The notes under the pieces were generated by a model that was not told the DNA's origin, searched no databases, and saw nothing but the letters and a program-made list of their open reading frames with translations. Made by a program: the position numbers and the translations under genes. This document shows positions 60,101 through 64,000 of a stretch of 64,000 nucleotides of DNA, piece after piece. Position 1 is the first letter of the stretch. Each line of letters opens with the position of its first letter. The stretch lies in assembly GCF_009914755.1 (NCBI RefSeq), contig NC_060940.1. The stretch is one strand, 5' to 3'. The stretch is from the human T2T-CHM13v2.0 reference genome, Homo sapiens.

Positions 60101-63100
60101 TTTCCATTCGAGTTCATTCTATTATTCCATTAGATTCCATTCGATGATGATTCCATTCGATTCCATTTGATGATTGCATTCTATTTCATTTGATGATGAT
60201 TCCATTCGAGTCCACTCGATGATTCCATTCGAGTCCATTTAATGAATCCATTGGTTTCAATTCTATGATGATTACATTGGATTCCATTCGTTGATGATTT
60301 CATTCGGGTCCATTCAATGATGATTCAATTCAATTCCTTTCAATGTTTCCATTCAATTCCATACGATGATGATTCCATTTGATTTGATTCGACAGTGAGC
60401 CATTCGATTCAATTCCATGATGATTCTATTTGGTTCCATTGGTTGACATTTCCATTCGATTCCATTCGATGATGATTCCCTTTGATTCCATTCAAAGATG
60501 ATTCCATTCTAGCCCATTCAATCATTCCATTCGATTCTATTCAATGATGATTCCATTCATGTCGATTTGGTGATTCCATTTGACTTCATTTGATGTTGAT
60601 TCCTTTCAAGTTCATTAGATGATTCCATTCGATTCCATTTGATGATGATCCCATTCGAGTCCATTCAGTGATTCCACTCGTTTCCATTCCATGATGATTC
60701 CATTCCATTCCATTCAATGATTCCATTCGATTCCGTTTGATGATGATTTCATTCGAGTCCATTTGATGATTCCATTTGATTCCATTCGATGATGATTCCA
60801 TTCGAGTCCATTCGATGATTCTATTCGAATCCATTTGATGATTTCTTTTGATTATAGTTGGTGATGATTCCATTGGAGTCCATTCAATGATTCCATTTGA
60901 TTCCAATCGATGGTGATTCCATTAGAGTCCATTTAATGATTCCATTTGATTCCAGTCTCTGATGATTACATTCGAGTCCATACGATGATTCCACTCAATT
61001 CCATATGATGATGATTCCATTCGATTCCATTCGATGATTCCATTCTATTCTATTCAATGGTGATTCCATTCGAGTACATTAGATGATTCCATTCGATTCC
61101 AATGATGATTCTATTTGTGTCCCTTAGATGATTCCACATGATTCCATTAGATGATGATACTATTTGAGGCCATCCAATGATTCCCTTCGATTCCATTCGA
61201 TGAGGATTCCATTCGATTCAATTCATTGGTGATTCTATTCAATTCAATTCTTTGATTCCATTCCATTCCATTCGACAATGATTCCATTCGATTTCTTTCG
61301 ATGATTCCACTCGATTCCACTTGACATTGATTCCCTTCGATTCCATTCAATGATTCCAGTTGATTCCAGTGGATGATGATTGCCATCGATTCCATTCGAT
61401 CACTCCATTCTATTCCATTTGATGATGATTACATTCGATTCCATTTGACGATTCCATCTGATTCTATTCGAGGATTCCATTTGATTCCATTCGATGATGA
61501 TTCCATTCGAGTCCATTCGATGATTTCATTCGAGTACATCCAATGATTCCATTCGAGTCCATTTGATGATTCCATTTGATTCCATTTGATAATGATTCTA
61601 CTAGAGTCCATTCAATGACTCCATTGGAGTCCATTCAACAATTCCATTCGACTCCATTTGATGATTCCATTGGATTCCATTTGATGATTCCATTCGAGTC
61701 CATTTAATCATTACAGTCGAGTCCATTTGGTGATTCCACCGGATTTCTTTTGATAATGATACCATTCAATTACATTTGATGATGATCCCATTCAATTTCA
61801 TTTGATGATGATTCCATTAGAGTCCATTCGATGATTTCATTCGAGTCCCTTCACTGATTCCATCCGATTTCATTGGATGATGACTCCATTCGAGTCCATT
61901 CGATGATTCCACTCGATTCCATTAGATGATTCCATTGGAGTCCATTTGATTGTTCCATTCGATTCCATTCGATTCCTTTCGAAGATTATTCCATTTGAGT
62001 CCATTCGATGATGATTCCATTCCATTCCATTCGATGATTCCGTTTGATTCCATTCGATGATTCCCTTCGATTCCTTTCTTTGATGATTCCATTCCATTCC
62101 ATTCAATGATTCCATTCGAATCTATTCCATGATGATTCCTTTCGATTCCATTCGCTGATGTTTCCGTTCAATTCCATTCGATGATGATTCCATTCGATTC
62201 CATTCATTGAGGATTCCATTTGATTCCATTCAATGATGATTCCGTTCTATTCCATTCAATGATTGCATTCAATTCCATTCAATGATTATCCCCTTAGAGT
62301 AAACTCAACGATTCCATTCAATACCATTCGATGATGATTCCTTTTGAGTCCATTCAATGATTTCATTCAAGTCCATTTGATGATTCCTTTCAATTCCATT
62401 CTATGATGATTCCATTCGAGTCCATTCGATGATTCCATTCGATTGCATTCGATTATTCCATTATATTCCAGTCAATGATGATTCCATTCGAGTCCATTCG
62501 ATGATTCCATTAGAGTACATTTAATGATTGCTTTGTTTTCAATTCGAAGATGATTACATTGGATTCCATTCTATGATACCATTCGATTCCATTCAATGAT
62601 GATTCCACTCAAATCCATTGGATGATTCCATTCGTGTCCATTTGGTGATTTCATTAGATTCCATTCGAGGATGATTCCATTCGATTCCATTCGATGATTC
62701 CATTCAATTCCATTCGATGAAGATTCCATTCCAGTCCATATGATCATTCCATTTGATTTCATTCGATGATGATTCCATTCGATTCCATTCGATGATTCCA
62801 TTCTATTCCATTCGATGATGATTCCATTGGAGTCCATTCGATGATTGCATTCGAGTCCATTTAATGATTCCATTGGGTTCAATTCAATGATGATTACATT
62901 GGATTCCGTTCTATGATTCCATTCAATTCCGTTCATTGACAATTTGATTCCATTCGATGATGATTCCGTTTGAGTTCATTCGATGATTCTATTCGATTCT
63001 CTTCGATGGTGATTCAATTCTATTATATTGGATGATTCCATTCGATTCCATTTGATGTTGATTCAATTCGATTCTATTCGATGATGATTCCATTGGATTT

Positions 63101-63274
63101 CACTTGATGATTCTATTCGATTCCATTCAATGATGATTCACTTCTCGTCCATTGGATGATTCCATTTCATTCCATTCGATGATGATTCCATTCGATTCCA
63201 TTCGATGATTCCATTTGATTCCATGCGACGGTGAGCAACTCGATTCAATTCCATGATGATTCTATTTGATTCAA
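57167..63274 (+). repeat. 6.1-kb unit I (6108 bp; 4-bp deletion near 61100), subtype shared with unit C
   Basis: Landmark spacing 57167->63275; 'attcgattccaatgatg' versus 'attcgattccattcaatgatg' elsewhere. Confidence 0.88.
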
Positions 63275-64000
63275 TTAGATGATGTTTCCATTCGAATCCA
63301 TTCCATGATTATTCCATTGGAATCCATTTGGTGATGATTCCATATGAGTCAATTCAATGATGATTCCATATCGGTCCGTTCGATGATAATTCCATTTGAT
63401 TTCATTCGATGCTTCTATTCTATTCCAGTCGATGATGATTCCGTTGGAGTCCATACGATGATTCCATTTGATTTCATTTGATGATGATTCCATTCGATGA
63501 TGATTACATTGGATTCCATTCTATGATTCCATTCAATTCCATTCGTTGATGATTCGATTCCATTCAATGATGATTCCATTTGAGTTCATTCGATGATTCT
63601 ATTCGATTCCGTTCGGTGGTGATTCAATTCTCTTATATTGGATGAATCCACTCGATTCCATTTGATGATTATTCCATTGGAGTCCACTTAGTGAATCCTT
63701 TAGATTCTACCTAAGATGATTCCATTCGAGTCCATTCAATGATACCATTCAATTTCATTCGTTGATGCTTCCATTCAAGTGCATTCGATGATATCATTCG
63801 ATTCCATTTGATGATAATTCCATTTGATTCCATGCGATGATTCTATTCGATTCCATTCAATGATAATTCCATTCAATTCAGTGATTCCTCTGAACTCCAT
63901 TTGATGATGATTCCATTCAATGATTCCATTCGATTCTATTCCAAAATGATTCCATTTGAATCCATTTGATGATGATTCCATTAGATTCCATTTGATGATT
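63275..64000 (+). repeat. Start of next unit J (truncated by window end), A/B/D-like subtype
   Basis: Carries 'aatccatttgg', 'caatttcattcgttg' and 'ttctattccaaaatg' as in the starts of units A, B and D. Confidence 0.75.

Larger units (their letters stand above)
1..64000 (+). repeat. Human Satellite 2 (HSat2/HSATII) array, probably HSat2B subfamily; CATTC strand on +
   Basis: Continuous diverged (ATTCCATTCG)2-(ATG)1-2 monomers of 23/26 bp, very dense TCGA (TaqI) and GANTC (HinfI) sites, few pure CATTC runs (unlike HSat3). The subfamily is inferred from the ~6.1-kb period, not from a database search. Confidence 0.96.

Noticed and set aside
257-63981. The many 60-165 aa ORFs, nearly all on the minus strand (MESSNGIEWNHR-type)
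   Set aside because: They are translations of the GAATG-strand repeat, which is ATG-rich and relatively stop-poor, while the + strand is full of TGA. They overlap in several frames, are low complexity, and appear or disappear with single SNPs between copies. There is no evidence of coding function.
1-64000. CRISPR-like reading (23-26-bp repeats)
   Set aside because: No unique spacers, no cas genes and no leader; the monomers are directly tandem and degenerate.
1-64000. HSat3, alpha satellite or telomeric repeat assignment
   Set aside because: Pure CATTC runs are at most about 3-4 pentamers; no 171-bp monomer, CENP-B box or TTAGGG arrays were seen.
1-64000. Inversion breakpoint or large hairpin within the array
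   Set aside because: No GAATG-strand tract was found on +; only short palindromes (TCGA, GAATTC, GTAC) occur.

Overview
The whole 64-kb window is one uninterrupted, single-orientation array of CATTC-derived satellite with the CATTCGATTC/GATGAT signature of Human Satellite 2 (HSat2/HSATII), built from ~23/26-bp monomers. I see no genes, RNA genes, transposons or unique sequence, and the ORF track is a by-product of the repeat. The informative content is the higher-order structure. A ~6.11-kb nested unit (exactly 6112 bp in two copies) is consistent with the 6.1-kb unit I recall for HSat2B at human 16q11.2. Measured from one landmark (257, 10123, 20354, 26740, 32765, 38854, 44966, 51078, 57167, 63275), the units, named A-I, are 9866, 10231, 6386, 6025, 6089, 6112, 6112, 6089 and 6108 bp. 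The left half is rearranged: two ~10-kb composite units each contain a ~4.1-kb variant unit carrying a 1.83-kb segment absent from the canonical unit, and there are templated replacements/insertions, a 248-bp tandem duplication and a chimeric unit. 32.8-55.6 kb is a recently homogenised block. DUX4-type motifs recur in every unit. I did not find a novel coding or defence-type system; the findings concern satellite architecture and evolution. All comparisons were made by eye and from ORF-track offsets, so breakpoints are approximate.
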